Positions 39,720 to 50,162 of a stretch of 64,000 nt of DNA are shown here, one piece after another. The translations under genes and the position numbers were made by a program. Source of the stretch: an uncultured Erythrobacter sp. Its GTDB lineage: Bacteria; Pseudomonadota; Alphaproteobacteria; Sphingomonadales; Sphingomonadaceae. The notes below the pieces were generated by a model, which was given only the letters and a program-made list of their open reading frames with translations, had not been told where the DNA came from and made no database searches. Position 1 is the stretch's first letter; the number at the start of each line of letters is the position of its first letter. The DNA lies in assembly GCA_947488325.1 (NCBI GenBank), contig CANKYZ010000002.1:523120-587119 (forward strand), written 5' to 3'.

Positions 39720-41090
39720 ATGGCCTATCCGCAATTGACCGACAAACCCGGCGCGCTGGAGACTGCTGCGGCTATCCGCGTGGGCGATATTAGCGTTGCC
39801 GAGGCGGTCGATGCCGCGATCACTCGGATTGAACATTATGACGCCGAGATAAACGCGCTGGCTGTGCCAGATTTTGACCGCGCCGCAGCCCGAGCAAAGC
39901 GAATGGACGCGGATGGTCAGCGGGGTGCCGAGTGGAGTAATCAACCGCTGTTCGGTGTGCCGATGACGGTCAAAGAGAGCTTTGATGTTGAAGGCCTGCA
40001 ATCTTGCTGGGGTCATAAAAACCTGACGGATTACGTCGCGCCGCGCGATTCCGATCTTGTTCGCCGGTTACGGGCGGCAGGCGCGATCATCATTGGCAAA
40101 ACCAACGTACCGGTCGACCTCACCGATTGGCAGAGCTTCAACCCGGTCTATGGCCGCACCACCAACCCGCACGATCCCGCACGCTCTGCTGGGGGATCCT
40201 CTGGAGGCAGCGCAGCGGCGGTTGCCAGCGGCATGGTCGCCTGTGACTTTGGCACAGATATTGGCGGATCGGTGCGCGTGCCAGCGCATTTCTGTGGCAT
40301 TTGGGGACACAAAACGACGTGGGGTCTGGTGTCGAAGCAGGGCCACGATCATCCGATGATGGCGCGGCGTGATGGTTTTGTTGCCGCGCATGACGGGGTT
40401 TTGTCCATTGCAGGTCCTCTGGCGCGCAATGCAGATGATCTTGCGATCCTAACAGAGATTGGCGCGCAAATTCCGCTGCGCTCGAACCCAAAGCCCTTGA
40501 GCGAATGCCGCATCCTTGCGATCACTGAATATCCCGGCAGCCCGGTCGATGCGAGCGTCGCAGAACCGGCAGAGATCGCGATCGAAGCATTGATCGCAGC
40601 CGGTGTCACCATTGACCGTGCCAGCAGGTTGGTTCCCGATCTGGAGAGGCAGAAGAGCACCTATCTCAAGATGATGAACACTGCGATGGCGCGCGGTGCG
40701 CCGTCACCCAGTGGCAAGCAAGCGACCGCGAGCGATTGGTTCAACCTCCTCGATGCACAGGCCGCGAATGCATTTGAATGGGCACGTCTGTTTGATGAAT
40801 ATGACTTCGTTCTCGCCCCGCCAGCACCGGTGCTGGCGATCCCGCACCTGGAAGGCTCGGTGTTTGATTCGACCATCCGGGTGAACGGACAGGACATGCC
40901 CGCAAGCAGTGCGCTGGCTTGGGCTGGCCTCGCAACTTTCCCCAATCTTCCTTCCACCGTCCTACCCATTGGCAGCAGCAATTATGAAGGCGCCGAATTG
41001 CCCTGCGGAATGCAGGTGATCGGACCGCAATGGAGCGATCTCGATTGTATCCATGCCGCCGCGCAGATAGGGAATATCTTGCACGGTTGA
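39720..41090 (+). CDS. Amidase signature family protein
   Basis: GVPMTVKESF, AGGSSGGSAAAVASG, GTDIGGSVRVPAHFCG. Confidence 0.93.
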   Translation: MAYPQLTDKPGALETAAAIRVGDISVAEAVDAAITRIEHYDAEINALAVPDFDRAAARAKRMDADGQRGAEWSNQPLFGVPMTVKESFDVEGLQSCWGHKNLTDYVAPRDSDLVRRLRAAGAIIIGKTNVPVDLTDWQSFNPVYGRTTNPHDPARSAGGSSGGSAAAVASGMVACDFGTDIGGSVRVPAHFCGIWGHKTTWGLVSKQGHDHPMMARRDGFVAAHDGVLSIAGPLARNADDLAILTEIGAQIPLRSNPKPLSECRILAITEYPGSPVDASVAEPAEIAIEALIAAGVTIDRASRLVPDLERQKSTYLKMMNTAMARGAPSPSGKQATASDWFNLLDAQAANAFEWARLFDEYDFVLAPPAPVLAIPHLEGSVFDSTIRVNGQDMPASSALAWAGLATFPNLPSTVLPIGSSNYEGAELPCGMQVIGPQWSDLDCIHAAAQIGNILHG

Positions 41091-41135
41091 CCGACTCGCG
41101 CCATGGGGCGGTGCCTCTAACCAACTGGACGCCCC

Positions 41136-41834
41136 ATGTCTGCAAAACCCCTGATGAAACGCCTTGCCAAATGGCATGTCTGGCTTGGCTGGTTGATCGG
41201 CGTACCGATTGTGATGTGGACCGCGACAGGCCTGTTCATGGTGTCAAAGCCGATTGAGGAAGTCCGCGGAACGCATCTGCGGTTGCTGGTCGCTGAGGTT
41301 CCGCTGGTCATTGCAGACAGCCCGCTCGCCACTGCTGACGCCCAGCTGAAGGAGATGCGCGTAACGATGCAGGATGGTCGCGCTGTGGCATTGCTGACGT
41401 CACTCGATGGAACGATTACCCGCGTCGATGTCGCAACCGGAACCGCCCTACCCGCTATAGATGCTGCCGCTGCCAGAGCATTGGTGGCAGAACGGATCGT
41501 GGGCGGGGATGCTGTGCGTAGTGTCACTCTGTTCGCCGCAGACGAAGTGCCCGTGGAATTCCGCAGGCCACTGACCGTGTGGCAGGTTGCTTTGGACGAC
41601 GGTACACATGTCTATATCGGGCGCGATACGGGCGAAATTGAAGCTGTCCGTACTAGCTGGTGGCGCTGGTTTGATTTCATGTGGGGACTGCACATTATGG
41701 ACCTGTCCGACCGCGAGGACACAAGTCATCCGACCTTGATCACATTTGCATCTTTATCTCTACTTGGTTCGCTATTCGGCTTCATCTTGCTGTTCCGTCG
41801 CCGCAAGGTTCGTGAAGAAATCGCCACGTCATGA
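41136..41834 (+). CDS. PepSY-associated TM helix protein
   Basis: KWHVWLGW, PepSY-like central domain, FDFMWGLHIMD. Confidence 0.85.
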   Translation: MSAKPLMKRLAKWHVWLGWLIGVPIVMWTATGLFMVSKPIEEVRGTHLRLLVAEVPLVIADSPLATADAQLKEMRVTMQDGRAVALLTSLDGTITRVDVATGTALPAIDAAAARALVAERIVGGDAVRSVTLFAADEVPVEFRRPLTVWQVALDDGTHVYIGRDTGEIEAVRTSWWRWFDFMWGLHIMDLSDREDTSHPTLITFASLSLLGSLFGFILLFRRRKVREEIATS

Positions 41835-42541
41835 ACGAAACCGTCCTCACCCCAATACTCGATATTCTCGACATCGTCGGCATCGCAATCTTTGCTTTAT
41901 CGGGGGCATTGGTGGCGGCGAAAGAGCGGCAGACTTTCGTTACAATGGGTTTTTTCGCTCTAGTCACAGGCGTTGGCGGCGGAACCGTGCGGGACTTATT
42001 GATAGGCGCGCCGGTGTTCTGGATTACCGATCCTTGGGTAGCCGCCGTCTGCCTCACCACCGCGCTCATCACATGGCTTACGCCAATGCGGGTTTGGGAC
42101 GGAAAACTGGTTGATTACGCGGATGGCATCGGGCTTGCTGCATACGCTGTGTTGGGCAGTGCGAAGGCGATTGCCTATGGCGTTCCGCCCGTGCCCGCCG
42201 CGCTGATGGGGATTATCACGGGTTGCGTCGGCGGGGTAATCCGCGATGTTGTCGCCGGCCGTCCGTCGATCATCATTCAGCCAGAGCTCTATGTCACAGC
42301 CGCCGCGCTCAGCGCGTCGCTCACAGTCCTGGGGATGCAAATCGCCGGATGGTTGAACCAGATAGATGCTGTGATCTGGGGCGGCGCCTTTGTCGCGGGA
42401 TTTGCCCTGCGCTCTGCCGCGATCCACTTTGAATTGGGTCTGCCGAGTTATGGAGGCGGCGTTGAAACCGCCTCCACTACCTCAGAGGAAAACTCAGATC
42501 ATTCTGAGAATGTTTCGCCCGGCAGCGGACCGCCCGGATAG
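41831..42541 (+). CDS. Trimeric intracellular cation channel family (UPF0126/YadS-like)
   Basis: IFALSGALVA, TGVGGGTVRDLL, TGCVGGVIRDV, ELYVTAA. Confidence 0.9.
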   Translation: MNETVLTPILDILDIVGIAIFALSGALVAAKERQTFVTMGFFALVTGVGGGTVRDLLIGAPVFWITDPWVAAVCLTTALITWLTPMRVWDGKLVDYADGIGLAAYAVLGSAKAIAYGVPPVPAALMGIITGCVGGVIRDVVAGRPSIIIQPELYVTAAALSASLTVLGMQIAGWLNQIDAVIWGGAFVAGFALRSAAIHFELGLPSYGGGVETASTTSEENSDHSENVSPGSGPPG

Positions 42542-43281
42542 GCCGGCTGGCCTTGATCACTTGGTGCGGACTGTACGAAATTTTGCCCATTCACAGCCGC
42601 GCGTGCATCGGCATAGCTGGTGGCAGACAATTGTCCGGTCGCTGACCGGTCCACTCCGCCATCATACGAACCGCCCGAAAAACTGCCGTAATCGATGTTT
42701 GAAATACGCCCACTATTGTCGATCTGGCAGGTAAAACCTGTTCCATTAAACAAGGTGCCCGATACAACCCAGCCCTGCGCAAGGCGGCTCGCGCCATCGA
42801 CGCCCTCTACTCGCACGTCGCGTTCAATTTCAGTCAGACATTGCGAAACCGCATTGTCGATTCCTGAGCCATTTGAAGAACGCGGATTACTACGTCGATC
42901 GTCATAGCGGCGATTGTCACGATCACGCTCAACCACCACGACTTCACGGTCACGGCGGCGGTTATTGCTGTTTGCAGCACTGGCGATGGCGGCAATGCCG
43001 CCCAGCACCAGAATTCCGGTCAAAATGCCGCTGCCCCGACGGTGGCCTCTGCGATAACCCCGGCGCCCGCGATAGCGGCGGCCTCGATATTCGGCGGTCT
43101 CGGCTTGCTCTTCATAGGTGGTGCTGCCGAACCCGCCTTGAGCAAAGTCAGCGTGGACGCCAGTGGCATAGCTAGAAATTCCGGTGGGCGCGATTTGTGG
43201 GGCCGCCTGTGCCGGTGCGACAGTCATCGAAGCTGCGGCGATTACGCCAGCAAAGGCTCCAAAACGAGTAATATGGGCCAT
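42499..43281 (-). CDS. Secreted hypothetical protein (paralogue A)
   Basis: Signal peptide, Arg/Tyr/Gly-rich stretch, GILTGILVLGGIAAIASA segment, two-Cys C-domain (AVSQC...FTCQID). Confidence 0.75.
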   Translation of the reverse strand: MAHITRFGAFAGVIAAASMTVAPAQAAPQIAPTGISSYATGVHADFAQGGFGSTTYEEQAETAEYRGRRYRGRRGYRRGHRRGSGILTGILVLGGIAAIASAANSNNRRRDREVVVVERDRDNRRYDDRRSNPRSSNGSGIDNAVSQCLTEIERDVRVEGVDGASRLAQGWVVSGTLFNGTGFTCQIDNSGRISNIDYGSFSGGSYDGGVDRSATGQLSATSYADARAAVNGQNFVQSAPSDQGQPAYPGGPLPGETFSE

Positions 43282-43446
43282 GAACGGTCCCTCCTGTTTA
43301 CATTATGTGCAGGCGAGCGGCCACCAATCGCTCTATGAACCCCGCACGATTAGGCGGTCCAGGCTTACGCGCGCCTGAACCGCCTTGTGTGTATTGCGAC
43401 ATTTACCCGGTCATGGGCGTCGCTGGGTGGGAGTTAGAGCTGCGGA

Positions 43447-43995
43447 TCAACGCAGGCCCCGGATACCGCGAAAATCGATCTGCGGGCGGTTGCCACTTTC
43501 AATGTAGCAGGTGAACCGGCCCCGATCAGAAACGCGACCGCGATAATTGTTCGACCCCTGGACTTGTAAGCGACCTTGGACGCGGAAGCCATAACGGGTG
43601 CGATCAATGTCGCGAATTTGGGTCACATCGGCATAGCGATATCCACCAAACCTGCGGGCCTGACGTTCAGCAGCGCGGATGCAGCGCTCTACCGCGCGTT
43701 GTCCGTTACCGCGATTGCTGCGATAATTGTTGTCGCCGCGATAATTGCGGTCACGATAATTGCGGTCACGATAGTTACGGTCACGGCGGTCATTGTTATC
43801 AAAAGCTCCGGCCAAAGCGGCAATACCGCCGATAATAACAGCGCCAGCGATCACATCGCCCGCGTCAATTCCGCGGTCACGATGGCGGTCATTCGCCATA
43901 GCAGGGGTTGCAGACGCCAGGGCCATCGCGCCAGCCGCGACAGTCCCGAGCGTGGCCTTAGTGAAGGTCTTTTTAAGATCAGTCATTGGGTTCAT
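43447..43995 (-). CDS. Secreted hypothetical protein (paralogue B)
   Basis: Signal peptide, GDVIAGAVIIGGIAALAGA, RDRNY repeats, AVERC...FTCYIE. Confidence 0.75.
   Translation of the reverse strand: MNPMTDLKKTFTKATLGTVAAGAMALASATPAMANDRHRDRGIDAGDVIAGAVIIGGIAALAGAFDNNDRRDRNYRDRNYRDRNYRGDNNYRSNRGNGQRAVERCIRAAERQARRFGGYRYADVTQIRDIDRTRYGFRVQGRLQVQGSNNYRGRVSDRGRFTCYIESGNRPQIDFRGIRGLR
43739..43783. repeat. 15-bp coding tandem repeat, three units (RDRNY)
   Basis: cgataattgcggtca twice, then cgatagttacggtca. Confidence 0.85.
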
Positions 43996-44198
43996 CCTCG
44001 GGTTGGCGCCGATGCGGGATTGCCCGGCGTCAAGGACCTTATGGATGATTCGCTGTGTGTTCAGCCTGACTGACCTTTGCAGGGTTTGTTCAGGTTAATG
44101 GCCGTTTATATGAACAGACTAGGTTTGAAACCCTGAATTGCGTCGGAAATCATGGCTCTAATACACGCGACCTGACGCCTAGCTTAATCGAACAGGTC

Positions 44199-45602
44199 TT
44201 AGTCGCCCCCGCCGTCTTCCAAAGCAGCAAGCACATCGCGTGTGAAAGCTGCGATGTCGAAGCGGGTGCCAACCATATCTTCGCCGCGCCGCACGATCAC
44301 GACATTACGGGACGGCACAACAACAAGATATTGCCCGCGATTGCCCAATGCGGCGATGGTGTCAGAAGGCACGCCTTCCACATCATTAAACAGCCACCAG
44401 CCCGCACCATAACCAAAAGCGCGTCCCTCCGGCTGCGGCCCGGTTGGTGCGGAGATATAATCGAGCCATCCCTCAGGCAGCAGCCGCTCACCATTAGACA
44501 TCACGCCGTCATTGAGTATCAATTGCCCGAGCCGAAGAAAGTCGAGTGAGCTAGCCCAAACTTGGCTGGAAAGCACATAATTGCCCTGCCAATCAGTTTC
44601 AGCCACCGCCTGCCCCATTCCTGCTCGTGCAAAAAAATGTGCCGGGGGATTTTCCTCAAACGTATGCTCAATTGCTTGAACTGCCGCGAGCGTATCATTG
44701 TTGGCATAGCGGAACACAGTCCCCGGCATATGGATCAGGGGCCAGTTCTGTGCCCGCTCATCAACCGTTGTTCCCCCTGCATAGAGTGGGTCGGTTCGGT
44801 TGCCTGCTGTGTCTGAGTAGCGTCCCGTCGCCATACGCAAGGCTTGATCGATCGTGACTTCCCTGCGTGGATCACTCTCTTCCGCGCCCAATCCAGCGGA
44901 GGTGTTCACATCAACCTCGCCTCGGTGCACAGCAGCACCGATGATGGTTGACGCCATGCTCTTGGCAACCGACCAAGTCCGCTGGGGCGTTCTGGGTTCA
45001 TAACCTAGGGCGAAGTTCCAGTCGAAGACGCTTCCACCATTCCAATGCTTGCCATCGACAATCACCGCCGTGGTACGGGTGCCCTCACCATATATCCCTT
45101 CAAACGCGCCTTCAATCTCATCGCGGAGCGGTGAGGAAACCCTCAGGTGCCACATATAGATGTCGTGCTCACTGACACCGCGTGCTACCGGTTCACTCGG
45201 AACCTCATGCCCAATCGGAAGAAGCGAGCACCCTTGCCCCCTCCCCCGGTTCTGCGCCACACGCGGCAGCATTGTTTCATGCCAAGTCACAGTCACTATA
45301 TCGACGACATTATAGGAATTGCGTCGGATCTCGTGTGGAAGCTCTCGGATGATAGGGTCTATCGCTGAGTAGACCCCGCTGAGCTCCATTTCAGTCACAT
45401 GCTCGATCGAACGATCAACAGAGGATTGCTCTGCATGCCCAAGTGCGCTGCAAAGAAACAATGCCTTATACCCCGCAGCAAGCGCGCGGTCGTAGCGCGC
45501 GTCGAGGCGGTCTTGGGCGGATTGTGCGGTGGCGGGTGTGGCCAGCGAAGCGAGTGCCGCCCCGGCGGCGGCGAGAACGAGATGTTTCATGGATCGAAAC
45601 AT
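44199..45602 (-). CDS. Exported serine hydrolase (beta-lactamase/NylB-like family)
   Basis: TWSVAKS (SxxK), FRYAN (YxN), GNRGQY; signal peptide. Confidence 0.85.
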   Translation of the reverse strand: MFRSMKHLVLAAAGAALASLATPATAQSAQDRLDARYDRALAAGYKALFLCSALGHAEQSSVDRSIEHVTEMELSGVYSAIDPIIRELPHEIRRNSYNVVDIVTVTWHETMLPRVAQNRGRGQGCSLLPIGHEVPSEPVARGVSEHDIYMWHLRVSSPLRDEIEGAFEGIYGEGTRTTAVIVDGKHWNGGSVFDWNFALGYEPRTPQRTWSVAKSMASTIIGAAVHRGEVDVNTSAGLGAEESDPRREVTIDQALRMATGRYSDTAGNRTDPLYAGGTTVDERAQNWPLIHMPGTVFRYANNDTLAAVQAIEHTFEENPPAHFFARAGMGQAVAETDWQGNYVLSSQVWASSLDFLRLGQLILNDGVMSNGERLLPEGWLDYISAPTGPQPEGRAFGYGAGWWLFNDVEGVPSDTIAALGNRGQYLVVVPSRNVVIVRRGEDMVGTRFDIAAFTRDVLAALEDGGGD

Positions 45603-45638
45603 TACCTGGCAATGGCAGCCGATCAAGCGCCCAAAAGA

Positions 45639-45673
45639 AAAGGGGCCAGCGGATCGCTCCGCCAGCCCCTTTC
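45639..45673 (-). terminator. Rho-independent terminator after rplQ
   Basis: Minus strand aaaggggctggcggagcgatccgctggcccctttt followed by a T-run. Confidence 0.8.
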
Positions 45674-45693
45674 GAAAACTGTTTTTGCCGTGC

Positions 45694-46116
45694 TTAAGCG
45701 TCAGCGTATTCTTCAGCTTCGCTCATCACTGGGCCGCTGTCTTGGCCCTTGGCGTCTTCGTCGCGCTCAACCAGCTCGATGATAGCCATCTGAGCGGAAT
45801 CGCTACCGCGATAGCCAGCTTTGATGATGCGGGTATAGCCGCCTTCACGGTCACTGTAACGTTCTGCCAGCGTGCTAAACAGCTTCTTGAGCTGAGTTTC
45901 GTCAAGCAGACGTGCCTGCGCAAGGCGGCGGTTCGAAAGACCACCGCGCTTTGCCAGCGTGATCAGCTTTTCGATGTAGGGCCGCAGTTCCTTCGCCTTT
46001 GGAAGGGTCGTGTGGATCTGCTCATGCTTGATGAGAGCAGCCGACATATTGCGGAAAAGAGCCTTACGGTGGCCCGACTTACGGCTCAGCTTACGCTGCG
46101 AAATTCCATGACGCAT
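45694..46116 (-). CDS. rplQ: 50S ribosomal protein L17
   Basis: [39 protein letters not shown]. Confidence 0.98.
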   Translation of the reverse strand: MRHGISQRKLSRKSGHRKALFRNMSAALIKHEQIHTTLPKAKELRPYIEKLITLAKRGGLSNRRLAQARLLDETQLKKLFSTLAERYSDREGGYTRIIKAGYRGSDSAQMAIIELVERDEDAKGQDSGPVMSEAEEYADA

Positions 46117-46197
46117 GTTTCATTCCTTCGTTCGTAGGGAGCCCGTGTGAGGTAGCTCCATCCTGGTGACTGTTTGGGTCGCCACCTTCACCCTTGT

Positions 46198-46261
46198 GAT
46201 CTCCTGCGAAAGCAGGAGTCTAGCACAAAAAGAACTGGGCTCCTGCTTTCGCAGGAGCTCC
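46198..46261. repeat. Inverted pair of REP-like GAAA-loop palindromes
   Basis: ctcctgc-GAAA-gcaggag (46201-46218) and its inverse ctcctgc-TTTC-gcaggag (46240-46257). Confidence 0.75.
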
Positions 46262-46269
46262 CAGACTTC

Positions 46270-47325
46270 TTAACCGAGCAGCTCTTGTTCGAGCTTCTTA
46301 GCCATTTCTTCGATGTTCTCAGGCGGCCATCCGGGGATGTCCATGCCAAGACGTAGACCCATGCTGGAAAGCACTTCCTTGATCTCGTTGAGCGACTTGC
46401 GGCCAAAGTTTGGCGTGCGCAGCATCTCGGCCTCGGTCTTTTGGACCAGATCGCCAATATAGATGATGTTGTCGTTCTTGAGGCAATTGGCCGAACGAAC
46501 CGACAGTTCCAACTCGTCGACCTTTTTGAGGAGGTAACGGTTGAGTTGGTTCGCATCGTCTTCTTGCGGAGCAGCTGCATGACCGATCATGGCCGATTGC
46601 GGCTGCGGAATGCCGTCTTCGAAATGGACGAACAATGTCAGTTGATCCTGAAGGATGCGCGCAGCGTAAGCCACGGCGTCTTCAGGAGTGACAGTGCCAT
46701 CGGTTTCAACAGTCAGCGAGAGCTTGTCGTAATCGAGCTCTTGGCCGACACGGGCATTCTCAACCTTGTAGCTAACCTGACGAACAGGCGAATACAGCGA
46801 GTCGATCGGAATCAGACCGATCGGCGCATCAGCCGGACGGTTCTGAACGGCTGGCGAATAGCCTTTGCCAACGTCAGCGGTCAGCTCCATGTTGAGCGTT
46901 GCGCCTTCATCAAGGTGACACAGGACGAGGTCCTTGTTCATCACTTCGATGTCACCAGTGACAGCAATGTCGCCAGCTTTGACGGTCGCCGGACCAGTCA
47001 CGGAGAGCTGAAGGCGCTTTGGCCCTTCACCTTCCATTTTTAACGCGATTTGCTTCACATTCAGGACCATGTCGGTCACGTCTTCGCGCACACCGGCGAG
47101 CGAAGAGAATTCATGCAGCACGTTCTCGATCTTGATCGAGGTAATCGCAGCACCCTGAAGCGAAGAAAGCAGCACACGGCGCAGAGCATTGCCGAGCGTC
47201 AGGCCAAAGCCACGCTCAAGCGGTTCGGCGACAAATGTCGTCTTACGCTGCTTATCGCTGCCTTCTTTGATTTCGAGAGCGTTAGGTTTCTTGAGTTCCT
47301 GCCAGTTCTTCATATTGACGGACAT
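46270..47325 (-). CDS. rpoA: RNA polymerase alpha subunit
   Basis: [48 protein letters not shown]. Confidence 0.99.
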   Translation of the reverse strand: MSVNMKNWQELKKPNALEIKEGSDKQRKTTFVAEPLERGFGLTLGNALRRVLLSSLQGAAITSIKIENVLHEFSSLAGVREDVTDMVLNVKQIALKMEGEGPKRLQLSVTGPATVKAGDIAVTGDIEVMNKDLVLCHLDEGATLNMELTADVGKGYSPAVQNRPADAPIGLIPIDSLYSPVRQVSYKVENARVGQELDYDKLSLTVETDGTVTPEDAVAYAARILQDQLTLFVHFEDGIPQPQSAMIGHAAAPQEDDANQLNRYLLKKVDELELSVRSANCLKNDNIIYIGDLVQKTEAEMLRTPNFGRKSLNEIKEVLSSMGLRLGMDIPGWPPENIEEMAKKLEQELLG

Positions 47326-47446
47326 GGATTTCCCCTAGTTCGCTTGCTTAAGCGGTTCACATTAAGAACGGGCCCGGATTGTCAGAACGACGTGAGGGCG
47401 GACCCGATGAATGGAGATGACCGGACGGCCATCGCCCCAGTTCAGA

Positions 47447-47839
47447 TCAGACCCGGCGACGTTTCGACGGGCGTACACCATTGTGCGGGATCGGCGTTAC
47501 ATCACGGATAGATGTGATGTTAAAGCCGACCGCAGCAAGACCACGTAGCGCGCTCTCACGGCCCGAGCCCGGACCCTTCACTTCGACTTCCAGCGTACGC
47601 ACGCCGTGTTCGACGGCTTTCTTGCCGGCGTCATCGGCTGCAACCTGAGCCGCGTAAGGAGTCGACTTACGACTACCCTTAAAGCCCATTGTGCCTGCGC
47701 TTGACCAGCTGATCGCGTTGCCTTGGGCATCGGTGATCGTGATCATGGTGTTGTTAAAGCTGGCGTTGATATGCGCAACGCCGCTTGAAATGTTCTTTCT
47801 GTCGCGGCGCCTAACTTTGCCGCCCGTTTCGCGTGCCAT
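47447..47839 (-). CDS. rpsK: 30S ribosomal protein S11
   Basis: [29 protein letters not shown]. Confidence 0.98.
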   Translation of the reverse strand: MARETGGKVRRRDRKNISSGVAHINASFNNTMITITDAQGNAISWSSAGTMGFKGSRKSTPYAAQVAADDAGKKAVEHGVRTLEVEVKGPGSGRESALRGLAAVGFNITSIRDVTPIPHNGVRPSKRRRV

Positions 47840-47910
47840 TGTCTCGTATTCCTTTTAAATGAGGAGGAAGGAAAAAGCGTGTCGGGTTGCCAAGCAGACA
47901 ACCCAGTCGC

Positions 47911-48279
47911 TTACTTCTTCTTCCCTGCGATCGGCTTAGCCTTACCCTTACGGGTGCGGGCATTGGTGTGCGTGCGTTGGCCGCGAACGGGCAGACCATT
48001 GCGATGGCGCAGACCGCGATAGGTACGCAGATCCATCAGGCGTTTGATATTCATCGCAGTGGTCCGGCGAAGATCGCCTTCGACCTGATGGTCGCTATCG
48101 ATCGTCTCACGAATGCGCAGGACTTCCTCATCGGTGAGATCCTGAACACGCGCACTGTGCGCAATGCCAAGCTTGTCAGCGATCTGAACGGCCGTTGTGC
48201 GGCCAATTCCGTGAATATATGTAAGCGCGATGATTACACGCTTGTTGGTGGGGATATTTACCCCGGCAATACGAGCCAC
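47911..48279 (-). CDS. rpsM: 30S ribosomal protein S13
   Basis: [35 protein letters not shown]. Confidence 0.98.
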   Translation of the reverse strand: MARIAGVNIPTNKRVIIALTYIHGIGRTTAVQIADKLGIAHSARVQDLTDEEVLRIRETIDSDHQVEGDLRRTTAMNIKRLMDLRTYRGLRHRNGLPVRGQRTHTNARTRKGKAKPIAGKKK

Positions 48280-48638
48280 TTAATTCTCCATGCTCCACGG
48301 GGGTTTACAGCAGACAGCTGGACCTCCCATCTCAACGCTCAACAAAAGACTTGCCCGTTCACCGCATAAGAGAAAGCTTGTAAGCCTTCTTTGAAACAGC
48401 AAAAAGCCCGGTTGGCAGACCACTAGGGCGCTCCCTGCCGGACTCGGCTCGAACGTGTCGAATGAGCGGCGCGCTTACGGTGATTCGGATAATTCGTCAA
48501 CTGGTAGCCGCGCATTATCTTTGGAGCCGCCACGATGGGCAGTGACGGGATGGGATCAAGTGCCATGACACATCCCTCCAGGAAAGGTTCAGCCCCGCCG
48601 CCCGAGTCGATCCAAAATACCGCCGTGACTGTTGCACA

Positions 48639-49352
48639 TTATCCGTCGGTGAGATCGCCAAAGACGTCATCAACGCTTGTCGCACTACCTTCTTCATCAA
48701 TGACTGGTTCGGGATCGATCGAAACTGGCACGCCGGTCTCCGACGGCTCATCCGGTTCGGGTTCTGGAGCAGGTGGCTCGGAAATTGCAGCTGGTGCCTG
48801 CACCACTCCCAACAATTCAGAAAGTCGAGAAAGCTGCAAGGTCATCACCCCATCAACCGCGCCTGAAATTACCGCAACCGGGTAGCGCATCTGGCCACCA
48901 ACATTATACTCCCACACAATCTTTGTGCCGCCCTCTACCTCGCTAAGCGCAATTGTTAGCACTCCGACAACCGGTTCGCTCTGCAACGGTCCAAGCGCGC
49001 CCTGCATCCGCAAAGCGACCTCTGGATAGGCCTGAATGACACGCATATGTTCAACGCTTCCTTCGAGCGTAAAGCGGTCCGGCTCATCAACTTCTGGGAT
49101 TCGTTCACAGAAACATCCGCCAGCCTGCGGTGTCAGCGAGAGATTGACTGAATCGGCTGACCAAGTGTGTTCACTAGACCACCAGCGCGCAGGGCTGATT
49201 AAGGCGAGCCAGGTTTCCTTTGGATCAGCCTCCACGATTGCTTCGGCCCGCGTGGTGAAGTGGCCGTCCTCAGCTTCGGTGACTTCGGCATGTGCGGGCA
49301 TTGCCGCAGCAAACAGCGCAAGACCGGCGATGAATGTGATTACGTTGCGCAA
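48639..49352 (-). CDS. Exported SRPBCC/START-like protein with acidic Pro-rich tail
   Basis: Signal peptide; WWSSEHTWS, GGCFCERIP, LRMQGALGPLQ; PPAPEPEPDEPSE tail. Confidence 0.7.
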   Translation of the reverse strand: MRNVITFIAGLALFAAAMPAHAEVTEAEDGHFTTRAEAIVEADPKETWLALISPARWWSSEHTWSADSVNLSLTPQAGGCFCERIPEVDEPDRFTLEGSVEHMRVIQAYPEVALRMQGALGPLQSEPVVGVLTIALSEVEGGTKIVWEYNVGGQMRYPVAVISGAVDGVMTLQLSRLSELLGVVQAPAAISEPPAPEPEPDEPSETGVPVSIDPEPVIDEEGSATSVDDVFGDLTDG

Positions 49353-49419
49353 AATGCGATCTCCCTCATTGGGAGATGGTTAGAGAAACGCGGGGCCGGT
49401 GGAAAGCCCGATCAAGTGA

Positions 49420-50091
49420 TCAGGTGAGGATCGCGTCGATTGCCGCGGCCACTTCGTCGATTCCTGACATACCATCGACACGAGTAACAATGCCGCGCAT
49501 TTCGTATCCCGGAAGAATCGGAGCGGTCTTGGCACGGTATTCATCCATGCGCGTGCGCACGGTTTCCTCGTTGTCATCAGGCCGCTGTTTGAACTTAGTA
49601 AATCCACAATTCGTGCAGGGAACGGAACCATCCGGTGAAGTCGGCGTCTTCATGTCTGCTGGCGGCTTGGTGTTCATGTTATAGATCGCACCGCAATTCG
49701 CGCATGAGAAACGGCCTGTGATCCGCTCAACCAACGCGTCGATATTAACCTCAAGCTCAATCACATTATCAAGGCTGCGGCCATGCTTTGCTAGAATCAC
49801 GTCGAGCTGCTCACCCTGCGCAGCCGTCCGCGGATAGCCGTCAAAAATTGCGCCAGTGTCGGCAGACATGGCTGCAAGATTGTCGTCGATCAGCTTTGAT
49901 ACGATTTCATCAGAGACAAGCTCACCGCGATCCATGACCGCTTTGGCTTCCAGCCCCACAGGTGTCTTATCCCTCACAGCAGCGCGGAGCATGTCTCCAG
50001 TTGAAAGCTGCTTCATGCCGTGCCGCTCAACCAGGCCCGCGCTCTGCGTGCCTTTGCCAGCGCCCGGAGGGCCAAGAAGAATGATGTTCAC
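49420..50091 (-). CDS. adk: Adenylate kinase (zinc-lid type)
   Basis: ILLGPPGAGKGTQ, STGDMLR, CANC...CTNC lid, RPDDNEET. Confidence 0.97.
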   Translation of the reverse strand: MNIILLGPPGAGKGTQSAGLVERHGMKQLSTGDMLRAAVRDKTPVGLEAKAVMDRGELVSDEIVSKLIDDNLAAMSADTGAIFDGYPRTAAQGEQLDVILAKHGRSLDNVIELEVNIDALVERITGRFSCANCGAIYNMNTKPPADMKTPTSPDGSVPCTNCGFTKFKQRPDDNEETVRTRMDEYRAKTAPILPGYEMRGIVTRVDGMSGIDEVAAAIDAILT

Positions 50092-50162
50092 GAACAAACC
50101 CCTTATGTCGCGCTAGCTATTGCTTCGCGCGCTTCTCTGCCGCTTCATAAAGCCCTCATGCT

